From contig JAHZKW010000159.1 of the NCBI GenBank assembly GCA_022600175.1, positions 1-60,439 of the forward strand: 60,439 nucleotides of DNA. The letters run 5' to 3'. Positions 28,766 through 39,253 of this stretch are shown one piece after another (within the stretch, counting starts at the first letter, position 1; each line of letters begins with the position of its first letter). Position numbers and translations under genes: made by a program. The DNA comes from Campylobacterota bacterium. Its GTDB lineage: Bacteria; Campylobacterota; Campylobacteria; Campylobacterales; QNZT01. Below the pieces are notes generated by a model, which saw only the letters and a program-made list of their open reading frames with translations, did no database searches and was not told the origin of the DNA.

Positions 28766-29871
28766 TTATAATATTTTAATGATGCAACTGCTTCAACAGC
28801 TACACCCTCTTTACGGCCTATAAAACCCAATTTTTCTGTTGTCGTTGCTTTGACATTCACAAAAATTGGCTCACACTCTAAAATAGAGCCTATCGTTTTT
28901 CTCATTTTCTCTTTATAAGAAGAGAGTCGAGGTGTTTCAGCCATGATAGTGATGTCAACGTTATTGATCTCAAAACCAACCTCTTTGACAAACTTTATAA
29001 CCTCTTTTAACATCAATTTAGAATCGATATCTTTAAATGCTGCATCGCTATCAGGATATAACTCGCCAATATCTCCAGCGCCAATAGCACCTAAAAGTGC
29101 ATCTATCAGTGCATGAAGTGCAACATCGCCGTCCGAATGTGCTTTAAACCCAAACTTACTCTCTATCTCAATACCACCAAGATACATCTTTTTGTTCTCA
29201 CAAAACTGATGTACATCAAAGCCAGTACCAATGAAAGTACGCTCATTTGGTGCGTTCAAACACTCTAACGCTTTTAAATCGTCATATGTTGTAATTTTTT
29301 TAGCATTAATTGAACCATTTGTATAAAAAACACTCCCACCTATCGATTTGATAGCACTCGAGTCATCTGTAAAAAGTTGATCTTGTACAAGTGCTTTTTG
29401 CAAAACTTTACTTTTAGAGAGTTGTGGTGTTTGTATTAATTTGACTAAATCACGGTCAATAGTCTCATCCTGATAGACAACGGTATCGCTGACACTTAAG
29501 TAGGGAACGATGATATCTGCCTTATCATAGGCATTTATGATATCTTCTACCATCTTTATAGGAATACACGCACGTGCGACATCTGTGACTAAAACATGTG
29601 ATGTTTTGACAAAAAAGAGAGCATTTTTTAAAGAGCTTTGTCTGCTATCCCCACCTAAGACAAATCGATGATCACTTTGTTTCTGCATATACGAGAGTTC
29701 TGAAGCACCTGCTGTGATAATTACCTCTTTAAATGTAAAATGTGTTGTAAATCTTTTAGCAACAAATTTCCAAAGAGGAGTATCTTCGATACGTAACCAC
29801 TGTTTTTTCGTTTGTGATCCAAAACGTGTAGAGTTTCCTGCTGATAAAATGATCAGTGTTAAATCAGGCAA
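28750..29871 (-). CDS. ispDF: bifunctional IspD/IspF (MEP cytidylyltransferase and MEcPP synthase)
   Basis: IspD N-terminus (ILSAGNSTRFG) and IspF C-terminus (GFDVHQF...HSDGDVALHAL). Confidence 0.92.
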   Translation of the reverse strand: MPDLTLIILSAGNSTRFGSQTKKQWLRIEDTPLWKFVAKRFTTHFTFKEVIITAGASELSYMQKQSDHRFVLGGDSRQSSLKNALFFVKTSHVLVTDVARACIPIKMVEDIINAYDKADIIVPYLSVSDTVVYQDETIDRDLVKLIQTPQLSKSKVLQKALVQDQLFTDDSSAIKSIGGSVFYTNGSINAKKITTYDDLKALECLNAPNERTFIGTGFDVHQFCENKKMYLGGIEIESKFGFKAHSDGDVALHALIDALLGAIGAGDIGELYPDSDAAFKDIDSKLMLKEVIKFVKEVGFEINNVDITIMAETPRLSSYKEKMRKTIGSILECEPIFVNVKATTTEKLGFIGRKEGVAVEAVASLKYYNWKKR

Positions 29872-29992
29872 TTTTTGTCCTTTTTTTAAAAAGTGTTACG
29901 AAATTATACACATAGAAAGCTTTTTTTTATCTAATTTCTGTAAAATTACACTCTATTTGTGTACAATAAAAGGGTACATATAAGGGGAAACA

Positions 29993-31333
29993 ATGAGAGA
30001 ACAATGGTTAAAAAAACGTGAATCTGACGACGTTAAAACGCAGATGTATTACGCAAGACAAGGCATTATTACCGAAGAGATGGAATATGTTGCCAAAGTT
30101 GAGAAGATCTCAGCTGAGTTAGTACGTAGTGAGGTTGCCAGAGGACGTATGATTATCCCTGCAAATGTAAATCATCAGCACTTAAAACCAATGGCAATTG
30201 GTATTGCAGCAGGGTGCAAAATCAATTCTAATATCGGGTCATCAGCACTCGCTTCAGATGCAGCTGGAGAAGTTGAAAAAGTAAAAGTGAGTGAAAAACA
30301 TGGTGCAGACACGATTATGGACCTCTCTACTGGTGGAGATTTAGACATGATCCGTGAAGAGGTTATTAAAAATGCTTCAGTGCCAATTGGTACAGTACCT
30401 ATGTATCAAATTCTTCATGATATCAATAATAAAATCGAAGATCTAACAATAGAAAAGATGCTTGAAGTGATTGAACGACAGGCCAAGCAAGGTGTGAGTT
30501 ATTTTACAATTCATGCAGGATTTTTATTAGAGTTTATGCCACACGTTGCCAATAGAAAAATGGGAATCGTAAGTCGAGGTGGATCACTTATGGCTGCATG
30601 GATGATGCACTATCATAAAGAGAATCCATTTTATACAGCATTTGATGAGATTTTAGATATTTGTCGTAAATATGATGTTTCACTCTCTTTAGGAGATAGT
30701 CTTAGACCAGGTTGTCTGTATGATGCAAGTGATGCAGCACAACTTGGAGAGTTGAAGGTACTTGGAGAGTTGACGTTAAAAGCATGGGAAAAAGATGTAC
30801 AGGTGATGATTGAAGGACCTGGACATGTGCCTTTAAATCAAATTGAAAGAAATATGAAGTTAGAGCAAGAGTATTGCCACGAAGCACCTTTTTATATCTT
30901 AGGACCACTCGTGACAGATATCGCAGCAGGGTATGATCATATTAGTTCAGCGATTGGTGCAGCTGTTGGTGGTTGGCATGGTGCGAGTATGCTCTGTTAT
31001 GTGACACCAAAAGAGCATCTTGGCCTACCAAATGCCAAAGATGTACGTGAAGGGATTATCGCTTATAAAATCGCGGCACATGCCGCTGATATCGCTAGAG
31101 GTCGTAAAGATGCGATGAAAGTGGATGATGAGATGAGTGATGCACGTTACTCATTTGATTGGAATCGACAGTTTGAACTCTGTTTAGACCCTGAACGTGC
31201 TAAAGAGTATCATGATGAGACACTACCTCAAGATGTATTTAAAGAAGCAGAGTTTTGTTCTATGTGTGGACCAAAGTTTTGTTCTTATAAGATCACGCAA
31301 GATATCGTTGCAGAACACTCCATATCACAATAA
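29993..31333 (+). CDS. thiC: phosphomethylpyrimidine synthase
   Basis: Highly conserved ThiC blocks ([27 protein letters not shown]). Confidence 0.95.
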   Translation: MREQWLKKRESDDVKTQMYYARQGIITEEMEYVAKVEKISAELVRSEVARGRMIIPANVNHQHLKPMAIGIAAGCKINSNIGSSALASDAAGEVEKVKVSEKHGADTIMDLSTGGDLDMIREEVIKNASVPIGTVPMYQILHDINNKIEDLTIEKMLEVIERQAKQGVSYFTIHAGFLLEFMPHVANRKMGIVSRGGSLMAAWMMHYHKENPFYTAFDEILDICRKYDVSLSLGDSLRPGCLYDASDAAQLGELKVLGELTLKAWEKDVQVMIEGPGHVPLNQIERNMKLEQEYCHEAPFYILGPLVTDIAAGYDHISSAIGAAVGGWHGASMLCYVTPKEHLGLPNAKDVREGIIAYKIAAHAADIARGRKDAMKVDDEMSDARYSFDWNRQFELCLDPERAKEYHDETLPQDVFKEAEFCSMCGPKFCSYKITQDIVAEHSISQ

Positions 31334-31388
31334 TAAATGTTAGTTAAGAGGATTATCCCTCTTAATTGATAATTACAGAAGGAAATTT

Positions 31389-32561
31389 ATGATTACAAAA
31401 GAACAAATAGAAGAGAGTTTAAAAGAGGTCATCTATCCTGGATTTACAAAAAGTATTGTAGATTTTGGATTTGTAAAAGCGATTGAAAGTAATGACGATG
31501 GTGTTTACGTTGAGATTGATATCTCCTCATCTGCTCCTGAAGTCGAGCAAGAGCTTAAAGAGGATATTACTAAGAGAGTACAACTTTTAGGGGCTAGTAG
31601 AATTGATGTTGTCGTGACAAAACCTAAAATGCCAAAGCAGTCAAGTTCACAAGGTAAAAATATTGCACCACATGTGAAGAACTTTGTCATGGTAAGTTCA
31701 GGAAAAGGTGGTGTAGGTAAATCAACAACTACTGTAAACTTAGCGATTGCGTTAGCGATGCAAGGGAAGAAAGTTGGACTTTTAGATGCAGATATCTATG
31801 GACCAAATATTCCACGTATGATGGGTGTAGATGGCGAGCAACCTGAAATTATCGGTAATAAAGTGAAGCCACTTTTAAGTCATGGTGTTGAAGTGATGTC
31901 TATGGGAAGTTTAATGGAAGAGGGCCAATCACTTATCTGGAGAGGTGCAATGATTATGAAAGCGATTCAGCAACTCTTGCAAGATATCTTATGGTCTGAG
32001 TTAGATGTGCTTGTCATCGATATGCCACCAGGGACTGGTGACGCACAGTTGAGTTTAGCGCAAAGTGTTCCTGTAACTGCAGGTATTTGTGTTACAACAC
32101 CACAAAAAGTTGCACTTGATGATACTGAGAGAAGTTTGGATATGTTTAAAAAATTAAATATTCCAATTGCAGGTGTAGTTGAGAATATGAGTGGTTTTAT
32201 CTGTCCTGAGACAGGTAAAGAGTATGATATTTTTGGTAAAGGAACTACTGCACCATTGGCTGAAAAATTTGAGTCAATAGTCATGGGTGAGATACCAATT
32301 GAACCTGCTGTAAGAGAGGGTGGAGATAGTGGTAAGCCAGTAGTTTTCCATGATCCAAGCAGTGAAACAGCGAAACGTTATCAAGAAGCAGCAGAGAAGC
32401 TTTGGAATACGATTGAGCAGATTAACGAAGAGGGTGGTGTGGATAATGAAGCTATTCAACCAACAACACCTCCAGGTGTAAGTGCATGTTCAACAGGTGC
32501 AGGTGAAGCACCAGAAGGAAATAGTAACAATAATAGTGGAGGAGGTTGCGGCTGTAATTAA
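31389..32561 (+). CDS. apbC: Mrp/ApbC/NBP35-type Fe-S cluster carrier ATPase
   Basis: DUF59-like N-terminus, deviant Walker A SGKGGVGKST and the CPETGK motif. It has an unusual Gly/Cys C-terminal tail (NNNSGGGCGCN). Confidence 0.9.
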   Translation: MITKEQIEESLKEVIYPGFTKSIVDFGFVKAIESNDDGVYVEIDISSSAPEVEQELKEDITKRVQLLGASRIDVVVTKPKMPKQSSSQGKNIAPHVKNFVMVSSGKGGVGKSTTTVNLAIALAMQGKKVGLLDADIYGPNIPRMMGVDGEQPEIIGNKVKPLLSHGVEVMSMGSLMEEGQSLIWRGAMIMKAIQQLLQDILWSELDVLVIDMPPGTGDAQLSLAQSVPVTAGICVTTPQKVALDDTERSLDMFKKLNIPIAGVVENMSGFICPETGKEYDIFGKGTTAPLAEKFESIVMGEIPIEPAVREGGDSGKPVVFHDPSSETAKRYQEAAEKLWNTIEQINEEGGVDNEAIQPTTPPGVSACSTGAGEAPEGNSNNNSGGGCGCN

Positions 32562-32585
32562 GCACCGTAACTAACTTTTAGGCAT

Positions 32586-32626
32586 AAAAAAAGGGGAAGC
32601 TTTCATTTGAAAGCTTCCCCTTTTTT
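32586..32626. terminator. bidirectional rho-independent terminator
   Basis: A-run, GGGGAAGCTTTC (32593-32604), loop attt, GAAAGCTTCCCC (32609-32620), then a T6 run. It lies between convergent apbC and rpmA. Confidence 0.8.
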
Positions 32627-32641
32627 AGTAGCGTTAGTAAA

Positions 32642-32902
32642 TTATACTGCAGCTGGAACAACAGAAACTTTGTTTCTTTGTTTATCTTTTTTTTGAAATT
32701 GTACGTAACCGTCAACAAGTGCAAAGATTGTATGATCTTTACCAATACCTACATTTTCACCAACATGTACTTTTGTACCTCTTTGTCTGATGATGATATT
32801 TCCAGCTCTTACGAATTCTCCACCAAACTTTTTTACGCCCAGTCGTTGACCTTGAGAGTCTCTATTATTCTGGGTACTACCTTGACCTTTCTTATGTGCC
32901 AT
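32642..32902 (-). CDS. rpmA: 50S ribosomal protein L27
   Basis: [28 protein letters not shown]... is the canonical L27 N-terminus. Confidence 0.95.
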   Translation of the reverse strand: MAHKKGQGSTQNNRDSQGQRLGVKKFGGEFVRAGNIIIRQRGTKVHVGENVGIGKDHTIFALVDGYVQFQKKDKQRNKVSVVPAAV

Positions 32903-33006
32903 GACTAAAATCCTTGTTATATTATAAAAATTTAATGCGAGATTATAGCAGATTTGACTTAAGTTTTCAATAGTTTTGATATAATTTTGATAACCAAGGA
33001 GTTTTT

Positions 33007-34242
33007 ATGGACCAATTTTTAAAAAAAGCAAAAGAAGCTAGTGCTGTTTTTGCCACGATAGATACGAAATTAAAAAATAGTATATTATTACAAATGGCGG
33101 ATGCACTTGAATCTCATGTTGAAGTGATTATCGATGCCAATAAAATAGATTTAGGATATGCTTATGATCAGTCATTATCTGAGGCGATGATTGATAGGTT
33201 GATATTAGATCAAAAGCGTGTGGTTGCTATGGCAGAATCACTTCGTCAGATTGCTGCACTTAAAGAACCTGTAGGCAGAATTCTTGAGGGGTGGACGGTT
33301 GAGAGTGGTTTACAAATCCAAAAAGTAACTATCCCAATTGGTGTGATTGGTATTATTTATGAGAGTCGTCCTAATGTGACTAGTGATACAGCAGCGCTGT
33401 GTTTTAAAAGCTCAAATGTATGTGTCTTAAAAGGCGGAAAAGAGGCCCAACACTCTAATAGTGCAATTGCTAAAGTGCTACAAGAGGTGTTAATACACAA
33501 TGATCTCCCTATTGAAATCATCTCGCTCCTTCCTGATGCTTCTAGAGAGGGTGTCTCTAAATTGATTAAACAAGATCAATATGTTGATCTTATTATTCCA
33601 AGAGGGGGTGAGGGGTTGATTCGTTATGTGAGTGAAAATGCTACGGTTCCTGTTGTCAAACATGATAAAGGGTTGTGTCATACTTATATCGATAAAGATG
33701 CGGATTTAGAGAAAGCTTTAAACGTCTGTATCAATGCAAAATGTAGACGTACGGGTATTTGTGGAGCAATGGAGACACTGTTGGTCCATGAAGATATTGC
33801 ACAAACTATATTACCAACATTAAAAGAGGCATTTGGTGCGTATCAAACTGAGTTAAGAGGGTGTGTAAAAACGCAAGAACTTATAGAGACAAGCGTTGCA
33901 AATGAGAAAGACTTTGATACGGAGTATTTGGATAATATCCTCTCTATTAAAGTAGTCGTAGATGAAACAGAAGCTATCAATCATGTAAAACGTTTTGGTT
34001 CTGGGCATTCGGATGCTATTATTACAGAAAATTATGGTGTGGCTGAACGTTTTTTAAATAGTGTGGACTCAGCCTGTGTTTATTTAAATGCAAGTACGCA
34101 GTTTACTGACGGGGGTGAGTTTGGTTTTGGTGCAGAAGTCGGAATTAGTACCAATAAATTACACGCTAGAGGACCAATGGGTATCAATGAGTTGACGACC
34201 TATAAGTATAAAGTCTATGGAAATGGACACACAAGAGCTTGA
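33007..34242 (+). CDS. proA: gamma-glutamyl phosphate reductase
   Basis: ProA blocks (IGIIYESRPNVT, GSGHSDAIITEN, NASTQFTDGGEFG). Confidence 0.93.
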   Translation: MDQFLKKAKEASAVFATIDTKLKNSILLQMADALESHVEVIIDANKIDLGYAYDQSLSEAMIDRLILDQKRVVAMAESLRQIAALKEPVGRILEGWTVESGLQIQKVTIPIGVIGIIYESRPNVTSDTAALCFKSSNVCVLKGGKEAQHSNSAIAKVLQEVLIHNDLPIEIISLLPDASREGVSKLIKQDQYVDLIIPRGGEGLIRYVSENATVPVVKHDKGLCHTYIDKDADLEKALNVCINAKCRRTGICGAMETLLVHEDIAQTILPTLKEAFGAYQTELRGCVKTQELIETSVANEKDFDTEYLDNILSIKVVVDETEAINHVKRFGSGHSDAIITENYGVAERFLNSVDSACVYLNASTQFTDGGEFGFGAEVGISTNKLHARGPMGINELTTYKYKVYGNGHTRA

Positions 34243-34805
34243 GTATCTTAAAGATTGAAAATCTTACTTTTGGGTATAAAGAGGGTGCTTTACTCTATAA
34301 AGATTTTTCGCTCTCTTTAGAAAAGGGTGAGGTAGTCTCTATAGTTGGTGCGAGTGGGAGTGGAAAGAGTACACTTTTTGATCTCATTACAGGTGTCTTA
34401 AACCCCCATTTTGGGAGTATAGAAAAGTCTAAAATAGCACAAATCTATCAAGACCCTTATAGCTCTTTCCACCCCTCTTATGCACTTATTTCACAAATTC
34501 AAGAGGTCGCATCTCTTGAGGGGATTGAAGGATATTTAAAGAAACTAAATCTAGAGAGTGCACTATTAGAGAAAAAGCCACATCAACTTAGTGGTGGTCA
34601 GTTACAACGTTGTTCAATTTTACGTGCACTATTAATGAAAGCAGATCTTATTTTGGCTGATGAACCAACTTCTGCACTTGATAATGTTGTACAGCTTGAT
34701 GTAATGAAGCTTTTAATGCAGTTTTTAGATCGTGTGGGTATTGTATTGATTACGCATGATGACGATCTTGCCACTTGGGCAAGTGATCGTATTGTTAGGC
34801 TTTAG
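34239..34805 (+). CDS. short stand-alone ABC transporter ATP-binding protein
   Basis: Walker A GASGSGKST, signature LSGGQLQR, Walker [12 protein letters not shown] and H-loop ITHD. No permease gene is adjacent. Confidence 0.75.
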   Translation: MSILKIENLTFGYKEGALLYKDFSLSLEKGEVVSIVGASGSGKSTLFDLITGVLNPHFGSIEKSKIAQIYQDPYSSFHPSYALISQIQEVASLEGIEGYLKKLNLESALLEKKPHQLSGGQLQRCSILRALLMKADLILADEPTSALDNVVQLDVMKLLMQFLDRVGIVLITHDDDLATWASDRIVRL

Positions 34806-34809
34806 ATCT

Positions 34810-36072
34810 TTACTCTTTGAGTCTTTTGACTTTTGCACCTAGTTGTTGGAGCTTTTTCTCAAGACCGACGTAGCCTCTATCTAAATGGTAGATACGGTGT
34901 ACCTTTGTTGTTCCTTTGGCAACTAGTGCTGCAAGCACAAGTGCACTACTCGCACGAAGGTCAGTTGCCATGACATCAGCACCATTGAGTTCATTATTAC
35001 CCTCTACAGTTGCTGTGTGGTTACTCAGAATGATATTGGCACCCATACGAATGAGTTCACTGACATGCATAAAACGATTTTCAAATAATTTCTCGTCGAT
35101 AGAACTTGCCCCTTCAGCAACAAGCGCGAGGGCCATAAATTGCGCTTGCATATCTGTTGGAAATCCAGGGTATTCGCTGGTAATGATTTTTGTGCCTTTG
35201 GTTTTAACAGCAGGTTTGATTGTGATTGAATCTTGTCCTAGATCAAAATCAAATCCCATCTCTTGAAGTTTAAGAATGATTGCAAAAAGATGTGTATGGT
35301 TTACTTTCTTGAGTGTAATTTCACTATTTGTAATAGCGCCTGCACAGAGGTAAGTTCCCGCTTCAATACGGTCTGGAATAACGCTGATAGTATCAATAGT
35401 GAGTAGCTTTTGCTCTGTCCCGTGGATGATAAGTTCATCACTACCAATACCTTCAATTTTGACACCAGATGCGTTGAGTACTTCACAGAGTTGCACAACT
35501 TCTGGCTCTTTTGCAGCATTGATAATTTTTGTTTCTCCTTTTGCTAGTGCTGCGGCCATGACGATATTTTCAGTTCCTGTAACAGTGATTTTGTCAAAAA
35601 CGATGGTTGTACCTTTGAGTCCTTCAGGGGCTGTTGCTCTGACATATCCTTGTTCAATGACAATTTCTGCACCCATCATCTCTAACGCTTTAAGATGTAG
35701 ATCAATAGGCCTTTGCCCTATTGCACAACCACCTGGAAGAGAGACTTCACACTTTCCAAATCTTGCAAGTAGTGGACCTAAAGTGAGAATTGAAGCACGC
35801 ATTTTACGTACGATATCATAGATTGCTGTGGTATTGTGGATAGAGGAAGCATCTATCTTTGCACAATTTCCTTCAAAGCTATAAGATGCACCTAGATTTT
35901 CAAGTAGTTTTAACATTGTGAAAACATCATTGACGCGTGGGAGATTCTCTATTTTGACTTCACTTTGACTCAGTATTGTCATTGCCAGAAGGGGGAGAGC
36001 CGCATTTTTTGCACCATCAATGGTGATTGTACCGCTTAATTTATTATTACCTTCTATCTCCAAATAGTCCAT
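34810..36072 (-). CDS. murA: UDP-N-acetylglucosamine 1-carboxyvinyltransferase
   Basis: MurA blocks ([32 protein letters not shown]). Confidence 0.95.
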   Translation of the reverse strand: MDYLEIEGNNKLSGTITIDGAKNAALPLLAMTILSQSEVKIENLPRVNDVFTMLKLLENLGASYSFEGNCAKIDASSIHNTTAIYDIVRKMRASILTLGPLLARFGKCEVSLPGGCAIGQRPIDLHLKALEMMGAEIVIEQGYVRATAPEGLKGTTIVFDKITVTGTENIVMAAALAKGETKIINAAKEPEVVQLCEVLNASGVKIEGIGSDELIIHGTEQKLLTIDTISVIPDRIEAGTYLCAGAITNSEITLKKVNHTHLFAIILKLQEMGFDFDLGQDSITIKPAVKTKGTKIITSEYPGFPTDMQAQFMALALVAEGASSIDEKLFENRFMHVSELIRMGANIILSNHTATVEGNNELNGADVMATDLRASSALVLAALVAKGTTKVHRIYHLDRGYVGLEKKLQQLGAKVKRLKE

Positions 36073-36151
36073 TCTTATCCTTACACTTTTTTAAAGAGAT
36101 TATACCCACTAATTGTTAATTAAATAAAAGTATTGATAAGACGATCTGATA

Positions 36152-38308
36152 GTGACATATTCTTATATGTCAGAGGGGAATGAGCATGGGGTTGATATGG
36201 AAACTATTATAGATTTTCTCATACGTGAAAACCGTATAGAAAATGAGCATTTGATTAAATACCGTACAAAATTTATCAATATTACAGTGCAATTAGTTGC
36301 TTTAATCGCTCTTGTGATGGGGTTTGTACGCTATTTTCATGCTGAATATGTGATGAGTATTATTGATTTTATACTTTTTAGCTTTGGCATCTATATCATC
36401 TTTTATAATCAAGTAAATCCTAAAAATATTAATCGTGTTATTCAGGTTTTTCTCTTTGTCTTTTTCTTTTTTAGTTTCTTTTTAATGTATGCAGGTGACT
36501 ACGCAGTGAAGGTCACGATGTTTTTTATGTTTCTATCGGCTGCTATGTTTTTACAAGGTAAAAAAGCAGGTTTTTACTGGTATCTTGCAATCTTGATTGC
36601 CTCGATCTTACTCTATCTTTTTACTGAGTATTGGACAGGACATAATCTTACCTCTTTTTTAATGCTTCTGTTTTTTTTAACAGGGCACTATTCTGTGATT
36701 TTACTTTATGAAAATCAACAAGTAGATAGTCAAAAAGCACTTGAATCAATCAATCATAGATTAGATCAAACAGTTAAATCACGTACGCAAGAGCTTGAAG
36801 TGCAAAAAGAGGCATTTGAAACACTTTATAATAAATCCTCTGATGGTATTTTACTTTTGGAAAACCAAAAGTTTATCGATTGTAATGAATCTGTTGTAAA
36901 GATGTTAGCGTTTGATTCAAAAAAAGAGGTGATTGATAAAACGCCACTTGATCTCTCTCCAAAGTTTCAAGCTGATGGTATGCTCTCTTATGAAAAAGCA
37001 GACCTTATGATCAAGAAGTGTGAAAAATATGGCACTTGTAATTTTGAATGGTTGCATCTTAAGTCAGATGGTAAAGAGTTTTGGTGTGAGGTGGTATTGA
37101 CTCGAATTATGTTACATCAAAAACCTATTATACATGTGGTGTGGAGAGATATTAGTCTGCGTAAAGTGTTAGAACATGATGTCCAAAAACAGGCACAAAA
37201 ACTTGAAGAGTTTAATACACAGTTAGAAGAAAAAGTTCAGATACAAGTGGCAAAAGTACAAGAGACATTAGATAATTTTAAAATTTTAATTGATTCGATT
37301 ATTGAGGCAGTGGTGCTTTTTGATGCTGCAGATGGTATTGTTGAGTGTAATAAAGTGGCATTAGATATGTTTGGGTATAACAGGTCTGAGATCATGGGTA
37401 AAGATATTTATGACTTTGTGCATAAAGATGATCGCGATATTATTGATAATAATCTTTTATCCAATACCTCAGAACCTTATGAAGTGCGTGCAGTGACGAG
37501 TGATGGAAGAGTAATCCCTATTCTTGTGAGTGGCGCAGATATGATCTATAATGATAGCGCTGTACGTATTGTAACGATTGTTGATTTGAGTGAGTTAAAG
37601 CAGAAAGATCAAATACTTCAACTCCAATCTCGCCATGCTGTAATGGGTGAGATGATTGGTATGATAGCCCATCAGTGGAGACAACCTTTGGCGGCTGTTT
37701 CGGGTACAGTTGCTACTTTAAATTTAGATATTATGATGGATCATTATGACAATAAGCTTTTTAAAGACCACCTAGAGAGGATTAATCAGCATATACAATT
37801 TCTCTCAACAACTATTGATGATTTTAGAAACTTCTTTAAAGAGAATAAACAGTTAGCTCCGACCTCGTTAGAGACTATTATTGATGATAGTTTAAAAATT
37901 ATTGGTCCTACTGTTGAAGAGAATAGTATTGAAATTATTAAAGAGTATAAGTCAGATTATACTTTTTACTCATATCCCAATGAGTTAAAACAAGTGGTAT
38001 TAAATTTGATTAAAAATGCCCAAGATGCCTTATTGGAGAATAGAGTAAAATCACCAAGGATTAGCCTTAGTACCAGTCGCATCCATAATGATCTGACATT
38101 AGAAGTGTGGGATAATGCTGGTGGGATATCAGAAGTATTGATTGATTCAATTTTTGAACCTTACTTTACAACTAAAGAGAAAAAGGATGGTACAGGACTT
38201 GGTCTTTATATGTCTAAAATGATTATTGAAGAGCACTGTGATGGTGAAATATCTGTAAAAAATTGTGAAGAAGGAGCAAAATTTACAATTTTATTAAAAT
38301 GTGTTTAG
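36152..38308 (+). CDS. membrane-anchored PAS sensor histidine kinase (orphan; paralogue of 6080-7915)
   Basis: About 5 N-terminal TM helices, two PAS domains, H-box HQWRQPLAAV and G-box GTGLGLYMSK. The exact start is uncertain (an ATG at 36197 is possible). Confidence 0.8.
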   Translation: MTYSYMSEGNEHGVDMETIIDFLIRENRIENEHLIKYRTKFINITVQLVALIALVMGFVRYFHAEYVMSIIDFILFSFGIYIIFYNQVNPKNINRVIQVFLFVFFFFSFFLMYAGDYAVKVTMFFMFLSAAMFLQGKKAGFYWYLAILIASILLYLFTEYWTGHNLTSFLMLLFFLTGHYSVILLYENQQVDSQKALESINHRLDQTVKSRTQELEVQKEAFETLYNKSSDGILLLENQKFIDCNESVVKMLAFDSKKEVIDKTPLDLSPKFQADGMLSYEKADLMIKKCEKYGTCNFEWLHLKSDGKEFWCEVVLTRIMLHQKPIIHVVWRDISLRKVLEHDVQKQAQKLEEFNTQLEEKVQIQVAKVQETLDNFKILIDSIIEAVVLFDAADGIVECNKVALDMFGYNRSEIMGKDIYDFVHKDDRDIIDNNLLSNTSEPYEVRAVTSDGRVIPILVSGADMIYNDSAVRIVTIVDLSELKQKDQILQLQSRHAVMGEMIGMIAHQWRQPLAAVSGTVATLNLDIMMDHYDNKLFKDHLERINQHIQFLSTTIDDFRNFFKENKQLAPTSLETIIDDSLKIIGPTVEENSIEIIKEYKSDYTFYSYPNELKQVVLNLIKNAQDALLENRVKSPRISLSTSRIHNDLTLEVWDNAGGISEVLIDSIFEPYFTTKEKKDGTGLGLYMSKMIIEEHCDGEISVKNCEEGAKFTILLKCV

Positions 38309-38346
38309 CGTATAAAAGAGAAGGGTTGCTACATTTATAGTAGATC

Positions 38347-38385
38347 TGCATCTTAAAATGATAACGACTTTCATTTTAAGATGCA
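38347..38385. promoter_or_regulatory. palindromic operator candidate upstream of the Fur-fold regulator
   Basis: Perfect 15-bp arms TGCATCTTAAAATGA and TCATTTTAAGATGCA with a 9-nt spacer. The core CTTAAAATGA-N9-TCATTTTAAG (38352-38380) is identical to the site at 48946-48974. No T-run follows. Confidence 0.55.
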
Positions 38386-38442
38386 TTAAAGGAACTTTAT
38401 CGCACTATTATTTTTGAAAAAGATTTTCATTACTAAAGAGGT

Positions 38443-38853
38443 GTGATTTTGTTTGAAAAAGCGTTAGAAAAATTAGAGCAATGTATTAAAAGGAATGATT
38501 TAAACTATTCTGCTGTAAGAGAGGTCGCTCTCAAAGAGATTGCTTATGCGGAGCGAGGATTATGTGCAGATGAAATCCATCAAAGGGTAAATGAAAAGGT
38601 ACAGAAGAAAGTATCGTATAATACAGTCTATAGAGTGCTTCGTCTGTTTGAAGAGTGTGGTATTGTCATTACCATTCAAAGTAACGCTAAAAAAACACAC
38701 TATTTTCTTGCTGATGTGAAAACAAAGCTTTATCTTTTTGATGTTAAAAATCATCAAGTGAGTGCGATAAAAGCGCCTGATGTGGCAGATTCATTGCTAA
38801 AAGAGTTGGATCTAAATAGTACACACAATTTTATTGTTATCCATAAAAACTAA
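38443..38853 (+). CDS. Fur-family-fold transcriptional regulator lacking canonical metal-site motifs
   Basis: The N-terminal winged helix resembles Fur/PerR (AVREVALKEI...LCADEIHQRV...VSYNTVYRVLRLFEECGIV). There is no HHxH or CxxC cluster in the C-terminal half. The TTG at 38449 has better spacing to AAAGAGG than the tracked GTG. Confidence 0.6.
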   Translation: MILFEKALEKLEQCIKRNDLNYSAVREVALKEIAYAERGLCADEIHQRVNEKVQKKVSYNTVYRVLRLFEECGIVITIQSNAKKTHYFLADVKTKLYLFDVKNHQVSAIKAPDVADSLLKELDLNSTHNFIVIHKN

Positions 38854-38864
38854 AGGAGCAGATC

Positions 38865-39173
38865 ATGTCTGTTTTAGTGATTGGCGGAGATGATATTTTC
38901 GCTATCAAAGGTGTCTTGTATGGTTTAGGTGCCAAAGAAGTAAACCATTGGGATGGAGAGAAAAATGATGCTTTATCAGCCAAAGCAATTCCATCACATA
39001 CTGACTATATCCTTATGATGACTGATTTTATTAATCAAAAAATGGTGGATCAATATAAAAAAATGGCTCACAAAGAGGGGATTCCTTTAGTTTGCACAAG
39101 ACGTAGTGTGAGTTGTGTCTATGGGGAGTTTTGTAAAGTATTGGGTAAAGATTTTGGTTGCCCTTTTAACTAA
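38865..39173 (+). CDS. DUF2325-like small protein
   Basis: The pattern VLVIGGDD...HWDG...TDYILMMTDFINQKMV matches my memory of DUF2325. RBS AAAGGAG is present. Confidence 0.55.
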   Translation: MSVLVIGGDDIFAIKGVLYGLGAKEVNHWDGEKNDALSAKAIPSHTDYILMMTDFINQKMVDQYKKMAHKEGIPLVCTRRSVSCVYGEFCKVLGKDFGCPFN

Positions 39174-39190
39174 TTAGATAAGGAGATAAA

Positions 39191-39253
39191 ATGAAACATG
39201 ATGAGTGTTTTGGGATGGATGATCTTATCGATCCTAATGGATGTACATGCTAA
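39191..39253 (+). CDS. unannotated 20-aa acidic Cys-containing peptide (MKHDECFGMDDLIDPNGCTC)
   Basis: AAGGAG at 39180-39185, 5-nt spacer, ATG at 39191, TAA at 39251-39253. It overlaps the apbE start codons and is below the ORF-track size cut-off. Confidence 0.35.
   Translation: MKHDECFGMDDLIDPNGCTC

Noticed and set aside
29872-29992. Expected TPP (THI-box) riboswitch upstream of thiC
   Set aside because: I could not find the conserved CTGAGA / ACCTGATCTGGATAATGCCAGCG-type elements. The region is simply AT-rich. A covariance-model scan would be needed to be certain.
34916-35821. 116-aa and 140-aa plus-strand ORFs
   Set aside because: Both are antisense shadows inside murA.
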